Positions 27,012 through 36,017 of a stretch of 64,000 nt of DNA are shown one piece after another; within the stretch, counting starts at the first letter, position 1, and each line of letters starts with the position of its first letter. The notes under the pieces were generated by a model. That model was not told where the DNA came from. It saw only the letters and a program-made list of their open reading frames with translations, and searched no databases. A program made the position numbers and the translations under genes. The stretch comes from Bdellovibrionota bacterium (lineage in GTDB: Bacteria; Bdellovibrionota; UBA2428): assembly GCA_964202055.1 (NCBI GenBank), contig CAXNGS010000001.1, forward strand, positions 32,186-96,185. The letters run 5' to 3'.

Positions 27012-28550
27012 ATGCCGCTGTTGATTCTGAAGTTAATGGCCGTTTTCGTCGCGGGAGGAATTTTTTTTCGCCACAATCCCTGGATCTTCGGGGAGATTTT
27101 CCGCGATGCTTCCTCTCCGAAAATCACGGAACTCTTCTTACTTCTCACACTACTGCTTGCGTTCTTCCATTCGTGGAAAGTCTTCAAAGCTCCAAAATCA
27201 AGACCTCCCAACTGGTTTGTCCTCAGCGTTATTGCTTTGAATCTTTATCTTTTTCAGGCTCTGTCTTTCCGCTTTGATCCCACTTATTCGAATTTGAACC
27301 TGAGCGCCCTTTATGCTTCATCGTTTATCTTGGCACTTTTGAGTCCACTGGGCAGGCTTCCTTTTTTCTTGTTCTTTCTAAGTCAGGCTTTTTATATCTG
27401 GCTCATCACTGTGAACGTCGGCTTTCACCCGGACATTTCGATTTTTTCTCCACTTCTTGAAGTTTCCATTTTTTTCTTCGCCCTTCTTGTCGTGCAGCAG
27501 AAAAAAATCAGAGGCTATTCGATTCATGAACGGGGGTTGGTTTTGATTGGAATCAACTTCCTGCTGGGAATTACGTACTTTTTTCCCGCACTCGCTAAGC
27601 TTAAGGTTTCTCCCCATTTTTTTGAATGGGCCGCGTACAACGATGTTTCAAATATGCTCGCCACTTCTTGTAACGTTGGATGGCCGGCTGCTTGCAAAAT
27701 TCTCGAAAAGGTTGGCACTTCCGAAGCCCCTTTCATTGTTGGTCAGTCCTGCGTATTGTTGATGCAGCTCTCCTCCTTGTTTTTGATTCGCGGCCGAATA
27801 GCGGCGCTTCTTTGCTTTTTCCGGATTCTGTTTCACGTCGCCGTTCTCGGGCTCGGCGGCGATTCGTTTGCGGGATTGATTCTTCTCAACGGCGTTCTGC
27901 TCGTTTTGAATCTACGATACTCCTCAACTCCGCTTCCCAAATTGGATCGCCGGAAGGGATTGTCCTTTGCTGCTGCTGCAGTGATTGTACTTTGTTTTAA
28001 TCTTTCGAACGATCTCGGATGGTTCGATACTCGAGTCAACCAAAGGTACGACGTGTATTTGATCCAGGACGATCACAAAGAAGTGCCTGTGGATTACAAC
28101 TTTTGGGGCAACTACAAATCTTTTTTTTCCTTGGCGAATCTCCCCTTTTTGACGGATCCTAAAACTCCAGTCTTGGACTACGGGCTCGGAGAAACCGAGG
28201 ACTACGGGCAGTTTCTCAAAATTCAGGATCTGGATTCATTTGAGGAATACCAAAGTAAGAAAAATCAACTTTTGAAAGTCGGTTACGAAAGCGCCGAAGA
28301 AAAACATCGACTCCTCCCTTTCCTGCGAAAGTACATTCAGGGGCGCTGTCGTGGAGGACAGGATTATGAGGGACCGGTTTTGGGAGCGCTGTTTCCACAC
28401 TATTATCTAAAAAAGCCCACAGGAATGGGGGCTGTGTCTGGCTGCCCCCCCAGCGTTTCAGGTTTTCGCATCAAAATGGCTGAAAGTTTTCACAAGGACG
28501 GACATTTTTATCGCGTCGCAGACATGTTGCTGTACGAGGAACGTTTTTAA
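27012..28550 (+). CDS. polytopic membrane protein with ~180-aa C-terminal soluble domain, unknown function
   Basis: 512 aa. It has 8 or more hydrophobic segments in the first ~330 aa. I recognise no motif. Confidence 0.55.
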   Translation: MPLLILKLMAVFVAGGIFFRHNPWIFGEIFRDASSPKITELFLLLTLLLAFFHSWKVFKAPKSRPPNWFVLSVIALNLYLFQALSFRFDPTYSNLNLSALYASSFILALLSPLGRLPFFLFFLSQAFYIWLITVNVGFHPDISIFSPLLEVSIFFFALLVVQQKKIRGYSIHERGLVLIGINFLLGITYFFPALAKLKVSPHFFEWAAYNDVSNMLATSCNVGWPAACKILEKVGTSEAPFIVGQSCVLLMQLSSLFLIRGRIAALLCFFRILFHVAVLGLGGDSFAGLILLNGVLLVLNLRYSSTPLPKLDRRKGLSFAAAAVIVLCFNLSNDLGWFDTRVNQRYDVYLIQDDHKEVPVDYNFWGNYKSFFSLANLPFLTDPKTPVLDYGLGETEDYGQFLKIQDLDSFEEYQSKKNQLLKVGYESAEEKHRLLPFLRKYIQGRCRGGQDYEGPVLGALFPHYYLKKPTGMGAVSGCPPSVSGFRIKMAESFHKDGHFYRVADMLLYEERF

Positions 28551-28984
28551 TTTTCTGCAGTTTTACGAAAGTTTCGTTCAATCTCTTCAATCATTTCGGG
28601 TGGGGGATTTTGGAATTCCGAATTTACTTGAGCTTGGGCAGCTTCATAAATCTTTTGGGCTCTTTCAGCGTTTTCAATAACATCCTCAGGCAAATTATCT
28701 TGAAAATTTGAATTCGCACCTAGAAGTTGCTGATTCTTTTCTGGACGTGAATTAAGAGGGATTTCCTTGGTCTTTCTGAATTGAAAGCTCTGAACTAGAT
28801 TTGGCTGGGGCCCCTGATTCGCCATTTCCATTGGCTTGTCCATTTGAGTGAAATTTGCGCTTAAAGAATTTAATTTTGGCTCGTGAATCGAAGAACTCGG
28901 TTCCTGGGAAAACCAAAAAATTCCCCCAATGAAGGACAGGGTAGCTAGGACTACGAGACTTTTCTTAATATTCTTCACCAACAC
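28547..28984 (-). CDS. membrane-anchored hypothetical protein
   Basis: GTG start, N-terminal TM helix 'LVVLATLSFIGGIFWF' and a Q/N/P/E-rich remainder. Confidence 0.4.
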   Translation of the reverse strand: MLVKNIKKSLVVLATLSFIGGIFWFSQEPSSSIHEPKLNSLSANFTQMDKPMEMANQGPQPNLVQSFQFRKTKEIPLNSRPEKNQQLLGANSNFQDNLPEDVIENAERAQKIYEAAQAQVNSEFQNPPPEMIEEIERNFRKTAEN

Positions 28985-29014
28985 ACCTACCTTTTTGTCA
29001 TTGTCGGTTAAGAA

Positions 29015-29533
29015 TTAAAGGAAGCTTTCAGTGCTGTAGTAAAACTCACAACCGGTGTCCGCTTTATTGGTAATGGTAATATATCGATATACGTCAGTTG
29101 TCCCAAATGGACGATACTCGTATGCAGGCCTCAAGCAGGTGAAACCAATGATATCACTTCCGGTGGATTTTATGTTCCACTGTTTTTTTAGAAATTGGTC
29201 AGCAGCCGGAGATCTTGCTCGACCGCCCGAAACTGCGGTGTATTCAATGTAAGTGATGTGCCATTTAACACCAATTCCGTTCTCACGATTTCGAACCACG
29301 AGTTGATGATTGAGTGGTGATTGGTCGGGTTGCCCCGGTAGACTCATGGTGTACTGAGTGTTGTACATTTGCAAAGTGCAATTGGTGCAAAGCGGGTTAT
29401 TTTGAGCATCTTTTTTGAGAGGAATCCAATAAGAGCTCACCTGAGCCATGGCTTGGCTAGGGGCTAAAACAACTCCACCAATAACAAAGATGGCTAATTT
29501 AAAATAGGAATTTTTTGATTTTGAAAACAACAT
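29015..29533 (-). CDS. secreted Cys-containing hypothetical protein
   Basis: Signal peptide ending 'SQAMAQ'. The mature part has 4 Cys. No recognisable domain. Confidence 0.45.
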   Translation of the reverse strand: MLFSKSKNSYFKLAIFVIGGVVLAPSQAMAQVSSYWIPLKKDAQNNPLCTNCTLQMYNTQYTMSLPGQPDQSPLNHQLVVRNRENGIGVKWHITYIEYTAVSGGRARSPAADQFLKKQWNIKSTGSDIIGFTCLRPAYEYRPFGTTDVYRYITITNKADTGCEFYYSTESFL

Positions 29534-29767
29534 ACATGCTCCTTCTAGATAATTATGATTTTGCTGATATCAGAATGAAGCATCAAATTAAGATTAGGTT
29601 TTTTAGAAATCTTAAAAATTCTCTAAGTTATGCTTTTCAATTTATGAAAATCTTAATCAAAAGTTATTTAGTTGAAACACGGTGAGTGATTCTTTGGTCT
29701 GTGAATTTCGCCAAAGGATAAAGCCCCCTTTGCATGAATTTAGCTACTGTCCAAAAGTGTCTAAACT

Positions 29768-29784
29768 TTAGACAATAAAAAGGC
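29768..29784. promoter_or_regulatory. perfect palindrome, candidate enhancer-binding-protein site
   Basis: TGTCTAAA-c-TTTAGACA, about 115-130 bp upstream of the sigma54-type promoter at 29899. Confidence 0.35.
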
Positions 29785-29898
29785 GGAGATTGTCCGAGTC
29801 TTCACAGAATCTTAATGGCTGCTTTATAGGTTGCCAGCCCTTTGAAAAACACCAAATAATTTCAATAGTTTATGTCATTTTAGGGTCTGCTTGGAGAC

Positions 29899-29914
29899 TG
29901 GCACGATCTTCGCA
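29899..29914 (+). promoter_or_regulatory. sigma54 (-24/-12)-type promoter of the S8 protease gene
   Basis: TGGCACG-atct-TCGCA against the consensus TGGCACG-N4-TTGCA, with exact GG-N10-GC spacing. It lies 43 nt upstream of the ATG at 29957. Confidence 0.55.
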
Positions 29915-29956
29915 TCATAAGCTTGAAATACTGGTTGGTTGAGAAAGGTTTTTTAA

Positions 29957-31165
29957 ATGTTGAGGATGAATAAAGCAGGAAAGTTGATGTTGGCAGCAAC
30001 GGTCACAGTTTTGATAGCGAGTTCCGCCGGAGCTGTGTCGAGCAATCAATCTTGGGGAAGCGCCCAGGATTTCGGAATTGACGGAGTGGCTGCAAAAAAA
30101 TTGATTGGTGATGCCTGCGCTAAAGCGGGAGTCACAGTTGCAGTGATTGATACCGGAGTGGATTCAAGTCATCCGGATCTCAAAGATTCACTTTGGATCA
30201 ACCAAAAAGAATTGAACGGAAAAAAAGGCGTCGATGACGACGGCAATGGCTACGTCGACGATATCAACGGTTGGGATTTTGTAACCGCTTCTGGAAAGAT
30301 CATTGATTTGCACGGACACGGAACTCATGTATCCGGAATCATTGCGGCGACCGGTAAGAGTGCGGATTCTTACACCGGAGTTTGCCCGGGTACTCGAATC
30401 ATGTCGCTTCGCTATTACAGCGAAAAAGCTAGCGGCCAAGAAAATCTCAAGAACACCATTCGTGCCATCGAATACGCGATCAATAACGGCGCACGAGTCA
30501 TAAATTACTCAGGCGGTGGTGCTGAATTTTCACAGCCTGAATTTAAAGCTCTTCAAGGAGCCGAGCGCAAAGGAATTTTAGTCAGCGCCGCGGCCGGAAA
30601 TGAGCGAAGCAACGCAGATGAAAAACTTTACTATCCGGCGGCTTATCCGTTAACGAACATCTTATCGGTTGCGGCGATTAATCAAGCCGGACAAATGCCC
30701 GCATTCTCAAACTGGGGAACTTCCCGAGTTCACGTTGCCGCTCCTGGTGCCGCGATCTTGTCGACGGTTCCCGGTGGTGGATATGGTTTCATGTCTGGAA
30801 CGTCTCAAGCCACGGCCTTTGTTACGGGAATCGCTGCGATGTTGTTATCAGTGAATCCAACCCTGAGCTTTAGCAAATTAAAGTCCAACATCGAAGGCTC
30901 GGTTCGCAAGTTGCCTCAGCTCATTGGTAAAACGCGCACCGGTGGAATTGTAAATTCGTTGGCTGCATTGGAAACGGTCGGGGTCCGATCGACTTTGCCA
31001 GTCACGGTTAATATGGCGCGGTCCCTGGCCGTTCGCGACGGCACAACGTCTAGTCCGATGGCCGTTCGAGGCTTCGCAGCCGATCCTATGATGCTGCCGA
31101 AGAAGAACGAGTTGATCTTTAAAAAGAAGCGCTCAGAATTCAAAGTCCGCAACAACGCACGATGA
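29957..31165 (+). CDS. secreted subtilisin-family (S8) serine protease without N-terminal propeptide
   Basis: Catalytic triad contexts 'VAVIDTGVD', 'HGTHVSGIIAA' and 'GTSQATAFVTGIAAML'. The signal peptide is followed almost directly by the catalytic domain. Confidence 0.9.
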   Translation: MLRMNKAGKLMLAATVTVLIASSAGAVSSNQSWGSAQDFGIDGVAAKKLIGDACAKAGVTVAVIDTGVDSSHPDLKDSLWINQKELNGKKGVDDDGNGYVDDINGWDFVTASGKIIDLHGHGTHVSGIIAATGKSADSYTGVCPGTRIMSLRYYSEKASGQENLKNTIRAIEYAINNGARVINYSGGGAEFSQPEFKALQGAERKGILVSAAAGNERSNADEKLYYPAAYPLTNILSVAAINQAGQMPAFSNWGTSRVHVAAPGAAILSTVPGGGYGFMSGTSQATAFVTGIAAMLLSVNPTLSFSKLKSNIEGSVRKLPQLIGKTRTGGIVNSLAALETVGVRSTLPVTVNMARSLAVRDGTTSSPMAVRGFAADPMMLPKKNELIFKKKRSEFKVRNNAR

Positions 31166-32024
31166 TATCTCCGGCGCGAAGATTTTTGGGAACTTTATTC
31201 TCCGGAAAAAGTCCAAAGACGTAGCCGCCTAAACCTGCCCCCGTCATTTTCGCCCCGAGAGCTCCTTCAGAAAGGAGACTCTCGAGGGCTTCTTGCAAAG
31301 CTGCATTGCCAAGTCCCATATCAAAAAGCAAACGATTTGAGTCTTGAAGAACTAAACCCAGACGATCAAATTGGCTTTCTTCCATCATTTTCAATCCCAA
31401 AGTTGTGTTGACCTTGAGTCGATCAATGATCGAATTGAATTGATGAGGATGTTTTTCGCGAATATCGGAAACTTTTTTAATCACTTCGGCCGTCGAGTGG
31501 ACAATGCCGGAATCGCGCAGAATGAAAACGTAATCACCAGCACTTGCTAAATTTAGCGGCCGAAATTCATTTGCCGCCATTTTATAAACTATCGGTTGCT
31601 CGAGTGAAATGCCAAAGGGATCAGCTCCGGATGAAGTGCCGTGAAAAACACCTTCGCCAATTTTAGCTAATTTTGCGATCGCTATCGAAGAAGCTTCAGG
31701 AAAAAAATAGCGGGCAACCGCAACACAGAGCGCGGCCGAAGATCCTAAACCTTTGCCAATTGGAATTTCACTTTCAATTCTGACTAGATCTACGTTGAGC
31801 TCGACGTTCATTGCTGAAAATACTGAACGCAATTTTTCAATTTGCCACCGATCTAAACTTTTACCATTTAACAAAGGTCCCTGAGTTGTGTGTTTTGAAT
31901 CAGAATCGATTGAAAATTTTAAGCAGAGTTCTGAAATCGGATAGACCAAGGCTTGGCCGCCATAAAGAATGGAGTGTTCTCCGAGAACGATGAATTTTCC
32001 GTGGGCTTGGCCGGCGCTGGACAT
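31140..32024 (-). CDS. mvk: mevalonate kinase
   Basis: 'HGKFIVLGEHSILYG' N-terminal motif and GHMP motif 'PIGKGLGSSAALCVA'. Confidence 0.75.
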   Translation of the reverse strand: MSSAGQAHGKFIVLGEHSILYGGQALVYPISELCLKFSIDSDSKHTTQGPLLNGKSLDRWQIEKLRSVFSAMNVELNVDLVRIESEIPIGKGLGSSAALCVAVARYFFPEASSIAIAKLAKIGEGVFHGTSSGADPFGISLEQPIVYKMAANEFRPLNLASAGDYVFILRDSGIVHSTAEVIKKVSDIREKHPHQFNSIIDRLKVNTTLGLKMMEESQFDRLGLVLQDSNRLLFDMGLGNAALQEALESLLSEGALGAKMTGAGLGGYVFGLFPENKVPKNLRAGDIIVRCCGL

Positions 32025-32042
32025 TATAAAAAATCCAGCTCG

Positions 32043-32663
32043 TTAAATGACCGTAATGGTGAGGAGGACCATTGCGGTCCACACCGCTTTGGCGACGATG
32101 GCCCCTTGAATGCCGTTTTGGCGTTGAACCAAAAGACGAATGAGCGCCGAAGATGCAAAACCGGCAATGAAAAATAAAACGTGTTGAGCGGCAAAGCCCC
32201 AAATTAAACCTTCCAAAAATGCGGTGGTGAAGGTTCCCCATTGCGGAGCGATTAGGCCACGCCAGTAAAGTTCTAAGATCGGTGCAACGATTAAGCTGAT
32301 CAGCAGAAATCCATACCAAGTCGGAGAGGGCATTTCTTTGATGTATTGTTGGATCCACGGAAAGTATTCGCTGGGCCAAAATTGCAAGACGACTAGGCCA
32401 ATGCAAAAGGGCAGGGCTAGAACCAGTCCCGCGATCATCGAAGAGCTAATCTTTTTTTGCTGCCAAAAATCTTTTTCCAGAAAGTTTTTTAGAATCGGCA
32501 TTGAGAACCCTGCAGTTGCCAAAACCAAAACCAACAATCCACCGGCTAAAACAAAACTTCTTTGCCAAAAATCATGAAGATTTCCACCCCCAAAGGACCA
32601 GAGAATCAATAAAGTCGAAATCGAAAATGCCAAAGGGGTGGTGAGGTTGGCCAAAGCGTTCAT
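32043..32663 (-). CDS. CPBP (CAAX-protease/Abi)-like intramembrane protein
   Basis: 6-7 TM helices. 'ILELYWRGLI' resembles CPBP motif 1 (EExxxR), and 'GLIWGFAAQHVLF' resembles motif 2 (FxxxH). The match is weak. Confidence 0.4.
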   Translation of the reverse strand: MNALANLTTPLAFSISTLLILWSFGGGNLHDFWQRSFVLAGGLLVLVLATAGFSMPILKNFLEKDFWQQKKISSSMIAGLVLALPFCIGLVVLQFWPSEYFPWIQQYIKEMPSPTWYGFLLISLIVAPILELYWRGLIAPQWGTFTTAFLEGLIWGFAAQHVLFFIAGFASSALIRLLVQRQNGIQGAIVAKAVWTAMVLLTITVI

Positions 32664-32739
32664 GGGGGCATCTTAGAGCTGCTTTTAGAGGCTCGCAACT
32701 CGGGCAATAAGATGTTGCCTGGAAAATTTAGCGTGGCTT

Positions 32740-33741
32740 CTATCGTTCATGCCATTCGCGAAGCGAAGGCCCGGGTCCAGATTCGTCGCACCAAATTTTG
32801 GCCTTGATTCCGAGCTCGGCTAAAAGTTGGCGGATCTCGGTCTCAATCGGGCGCTCAGAGATTAAATGAATGTTGGGACCGGCATCTACTGTGAAGTAAA
32901 AATCGCGATCTGGCATGGCTTGCAACGCGTTGATGATGAGTCGACTCGATTCTTCTAGGTAGGCGATTGAGGGAGATCCCGCTTCGGCCACATGATGCAT
33001 TTCGAGGGCTTCTTCTTCGATCAGTGGTCCTAAAAGTTTAAGCGATTTTTTTTCAATAGCGCTTATGACTTTTGCAAATCGTTCACTTATTTTGGAAAGT
33101 CGCTCGGGAAGCAATGGGCTACTAAGCGCTGCTTGATGGCCAAAAGAACTGGGGTATTTTTTGTGTTCCGAAGAAACAATAGCCACCGTGTCGTAAAGTT
33201 TCCATTGCGAGAAAATCGCGGAAGCTTCGGGGCCCTTCCATTGGGCCCAGGGTCCGAACATGGATCTCGAGGCACTTCCTGATCCGCGACGGGCTAAAGA
33301 AGATACCCAGGGACCTTCGCTTTCGATTATTTTTAGGGCGCCTGAGACGCCTAGAAAAGATCCTAAAAGACCAGTGGTCAGCGCGGCAAACGAAGAGGCC
33401 GACGAAGCCATGCCGGTTCCCGAGGGAAAGTTATTGGACGAATCAATTTTTAGCGGAATTAATTTCGGAGTTTTTAAAAGCTGGCGGCTTTGCAGTTCGT
33501 TGTAAATTCTTTGGACGTGTTCGAGAATTTTTTTCTGGTCTTCGGCCGAAGCAATTTGGTGATTGACGATGAATTCAAATTCATTGGCTAGCGAAATTTG
33601 CACTCGAGTTTTAGCTTGGCTCAAAGTGAAGCTGACGGAGGGGTTCAGCGCCAGATTTCGATCGAGATCTTGGAGAGAGGGTTTTTTTCCCCAATATTTA
33701 ATGAGCGCGATGTTGGGAGAAGCTTCGGCAATCCATTTCAT
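32740..33741 (-). CDS. mvaD: diphosphomevalonate decarboxylase
   Basis: 'ASPNIALIKYWGKK' N-terminal signature, 'GTGMASSASSFAAL', 'RRGSGSASRS'. Confidence 0.9.
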   Translation of the reverse strand: MKWIAEASPNIALIKYWGKKPSLQDLDRNLALNPSVSFTLSQAKTRVQISLANEFEFIVNHQIASAEDQKKILEHVQRIYNELQSRQLLKTPKLIPLKIDSSNNFPSGTGMASSASSFAALTTGLLGSFLGVSGALKIIESEGPWVSSLARRGSGSASRSMFGPWAQWKGPEASAIFSQWKLYDTVAIVSSEHKKYPSSFGHQAALSSPLLPERLSKISERFAKVISAIEKKSLKLLGPLIEEEALEMHHVAEAGSPSIAYLEESSRLIINALQAMPDRDFYFTVDAGPNIHLISERPIETEIRQLLAELGIKAKIWCDESGPGPSLREWHER

Positions 33742-34646
33742 GATATCGAAAATCCTTTGGGGTTGATTTGGTGCTTAATCAATTTAAAGCCCAATCGTTC
33801 GGCAATTTCTCTGATTTTTTCATGGCGGCTGACTTCTGCAAAAACCATAATCGTTTCAGAACCGCCAGCTCCGCATGATTTGAGTGAAGCTGAAATTTTG
33901 GATTGTTTAAGGTGAGTCGATAGTTCGGTAATTTTGGAATCTAAAATTTCCGAATCGCGAAAGGCAAGATTATGCTCACTGATGGCTTTTTCCCAGTCGG
34001 GATTGACGCCGCCGCCTAAAAATTGCTCGCTCGATTTTGATATTTTTTTATAGAGATCTGTCGGAACTCCAAATTCAAGGGCCTGAGCTGTTGAATGTTT
34101 TTTGCCTGAGTGCAGAAAAAATATTTCTGGCGGAAGTTTCAGTTCGAATTTTTGGAGCGAATCACCTTGGACCACAACCGCTCCGCCGCAAATTTGCGCG
34201 GCCAAATCAATCCCCGAGCCTTTTCCGCCTTGCAGGGCTTGTTGCAATTTTCGAGCTTCAAGCCAAATTAAATTCATTTCAACAAAAGTTTTAAAAGCGG
34301 CGCTCGAAAAAATTCCCATCGCGCTCAATACTAAGGCCGAGCTGCTGCCTAATCCGTGACTTAGATCCCATTCGAATTCACTTTTTAATTCAGCAGAAAA
34401 TTGTGGTTTTATTTGGAATAGCAATTTTTCTAAAAATGAGAGGTCTTCTTCCTGAGCATTAGGAAATTGCAATTCTTCAAGAGGGGTCTTCCAATGGACG
34501 CTGACTGCGCGCCCGCGAGCGACTTCTTGAATTTCATATTGGGTTTTGCAAAGTTGAGTGATCGCGATCGAAAGTGCCGGCGAACCCTTTAGCACCGCCC
34601 ATTCGCCGAAGAGCACGATTTTACCTGGGCAGGCTAACGTGCGCAT
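33738..34646 (-). CDS. phosphomevalonate kinase (GHMP family)
   Basis: 'CPGKIVLFGEWAVLKG' and 'HGLGSSSALVLSAM'. It overlaps mvaD by 4 nt. Confidence 0.7.
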   Translation of the reverse strand: MRTLACPGKIVLFGEWAVLKGSPALSIAITQLCKTQYEIQEVARGRAVSVHWKTPLEELQFPNAQEEDLSFLEKLLFQIKPQFSAELKSEFEWDLSHGLGSSSALVLSAMGIFSSAAFKTFVEMNLIWLEARKLQQALQGGKGSGIDLAAQICGGAVVVQGDSLQKFELKLPPEIFFLHSGKKHSTAQALEFGVPTDLYKKISKSSEQFLGGGVNPDWEKAISEHNLAFRDSEILDSKITELSTHLKQSKISASLKSCGAGGSETIMVFAEVSRHEKIREIAERLGFKLIKHQINPKGFSIS

Positions 34647-34652
34647 ACGTGC

Positions 34653-36017
34653 TCATAATTCCTGATTGGTGTGAGGCAATGGAATTTTAGATTGAATCTC
34701 CGGCGTGTTGCGCATCGATTCCAGTAGCGCCTCGGCAGCGGAAGCCGAAACATTACGGCGGCTGACTAATTCCATAGCCACGTGCTCGACTTCATCGGGT
34801 TTGGCGCCGGCGGCGAGCGCTAAATTTTTAGCGTGAAGTTTCATATGGCCGCGTTGAATGCCGGTGGTGACTAGCGCGCGCAGGGCCGACAAATTAGAAG
34901 CCAAGCCACAGCTGACGCAAATCATGGAAAGCTCTTCAGAACTGGGGTTTCCTAAAATTTGCAGAGCGGCTTTTGAGGTTGGATGTAAGCGAGTGATCCC
35001 GCCGACCGTTCCTAATTGAATCGGCAAAACTAATTCGCCGATCAGAACTTGCTTTTGCTCATCTACGGTCCACTTGCTTAAACTCTCGTAGCGCCCGCTG
35101 CGGGCCGCGAATGCGTGAGCGCCGGCTTCGACCGCGCGCCAATCATTGCCAGTGGCAATCACTAAGGGGTCGACACCGTTCATGATGCCTTTGTTGTGAG
35201 TGGTGGCTCGATAGGGATCGTTTTTAGCGAATACATAGGCTTCGTGAATGCGCCGAGCGACTTCAAGACCGCTGAGTTGGTATTCATGATCATTGATGGC
35301 TAATTGTTGAAAGTCGACTTCGCAGCGCGCGCGAAACAATCGACGATCCGCAAGGTTGGTCAAAATTCGCAGGCCAATTCGGCCGCCAATGATTTCTTGA
35401 ATTTTTGGGGCGAGTTTTTCGCAAACCGTGTTCACTAAATTTGCGCCCATCGCTTCTTGGGTGTCGAGATGAACATGGACGACCATGAAGGGGATTTCAG
35501 ATTTCGGAAAAGAACGGACTTCTAGAGACCGCGTGCCCCCGCCACGCATTTTTAATCGTGGGTGAACGAGGTTGGCGAAATCAATCAATTCGACAGTGGC
35601 CGCTTTGATTTTTTCCGCAATGATTTCGAAATCAGCGGGATTCAAATCCAAAATTTGAATTTGCCCGATCATTTCACGGCCCAAACATTCGCTTTGAAAG
35701 CCGCCCGATTGCATGACCCATTTAGCGGCGTTGCTGGCAGCAGCGATCACTGAACTTTCCTCGACCGCAAAGGGCACCACGTAATTTTTGTTGTTCACTT
35801 GAACATTGGTGACCACGCCGAGAGGAAGCGGATGAGATCCCAGCGCGTTTTCTACGAACAGATTGGCGAGATCAAAGGAAAGCGAGGCGTCTTGCGATAA
35901 AACACGCAATTGATCGACCGGAACGGAGCAGGAAGCTTTCAAAGCGTCCAAGCGTTCGCCGCGGGTTTTTTTATAGAATCCGCTTAATGCGGGATCAGTT
36001 TTTCCCGATCGGGCCAT
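34653..36017 (-). CDS. mvaA: HMG-CoA reductase, class II
   Basis: 'VENALGSHPLPLGVVTNVQVNNKNYVVPFAVEESSVIAAASNAAK', 'DAMGANLVN' equivalent ('EAMGANLVNTV'), 'GTVGG'. Confidence 0.9.
   Translation of the reverse strand: MARSGKTDPALSGFYKKTRGERLDALKASCSVPVDQLRVLSQDASLSFDLANLFVENALGSHPLPLGVVTNVQVNNKNYVVPFAVEESSVIAAASNAAKWVMQSGGFQSECLGREMIGQIQILDLNPADFEIIAEKIKAATVELIDFANLVHPRLKMRGGGTRSLEVRSFPKSEIPFMVVHVHLDTQEAMGANLVNTVCEKLAPKIQEIIGGRIGLRILTNLADRRLFRARCEVDFQQLAINDHEYQLSGLEVARRIHEAYVFAKNDPYRATTHNKGIMNGVDPLVIATGNDWRAVEAGAHAFAARSGRYESLSKWTVDEQKQVLIGELVLPIQLGTVGGITRLHPTSKAALQILGNPSSEELSMICVSCGLASNLSALRALVTTGIQRGHMKLHAKNLALAAGAKPDEVEHVAMELVSRRNVSASAAEALLESMRNTPEIQSKIPLPHTNQEL

Noticed and set aside
26933-27211. 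92-aa minus-strand ORF.
   Set aside because: It overlaps the start of the 512-aa membrane protein gene on the other strand and has no RBS or motif support.
31900-32577. ORFs 31900..32406 (-), 31953..32177 (+) and 32338..32577 (+), which overlap the mvk 5' end and the CPBP-like gene.
   Set aside because: They are out-of-frame or antisense overlaps of better-supported genes, with Arg/His-rich unnatural composition.
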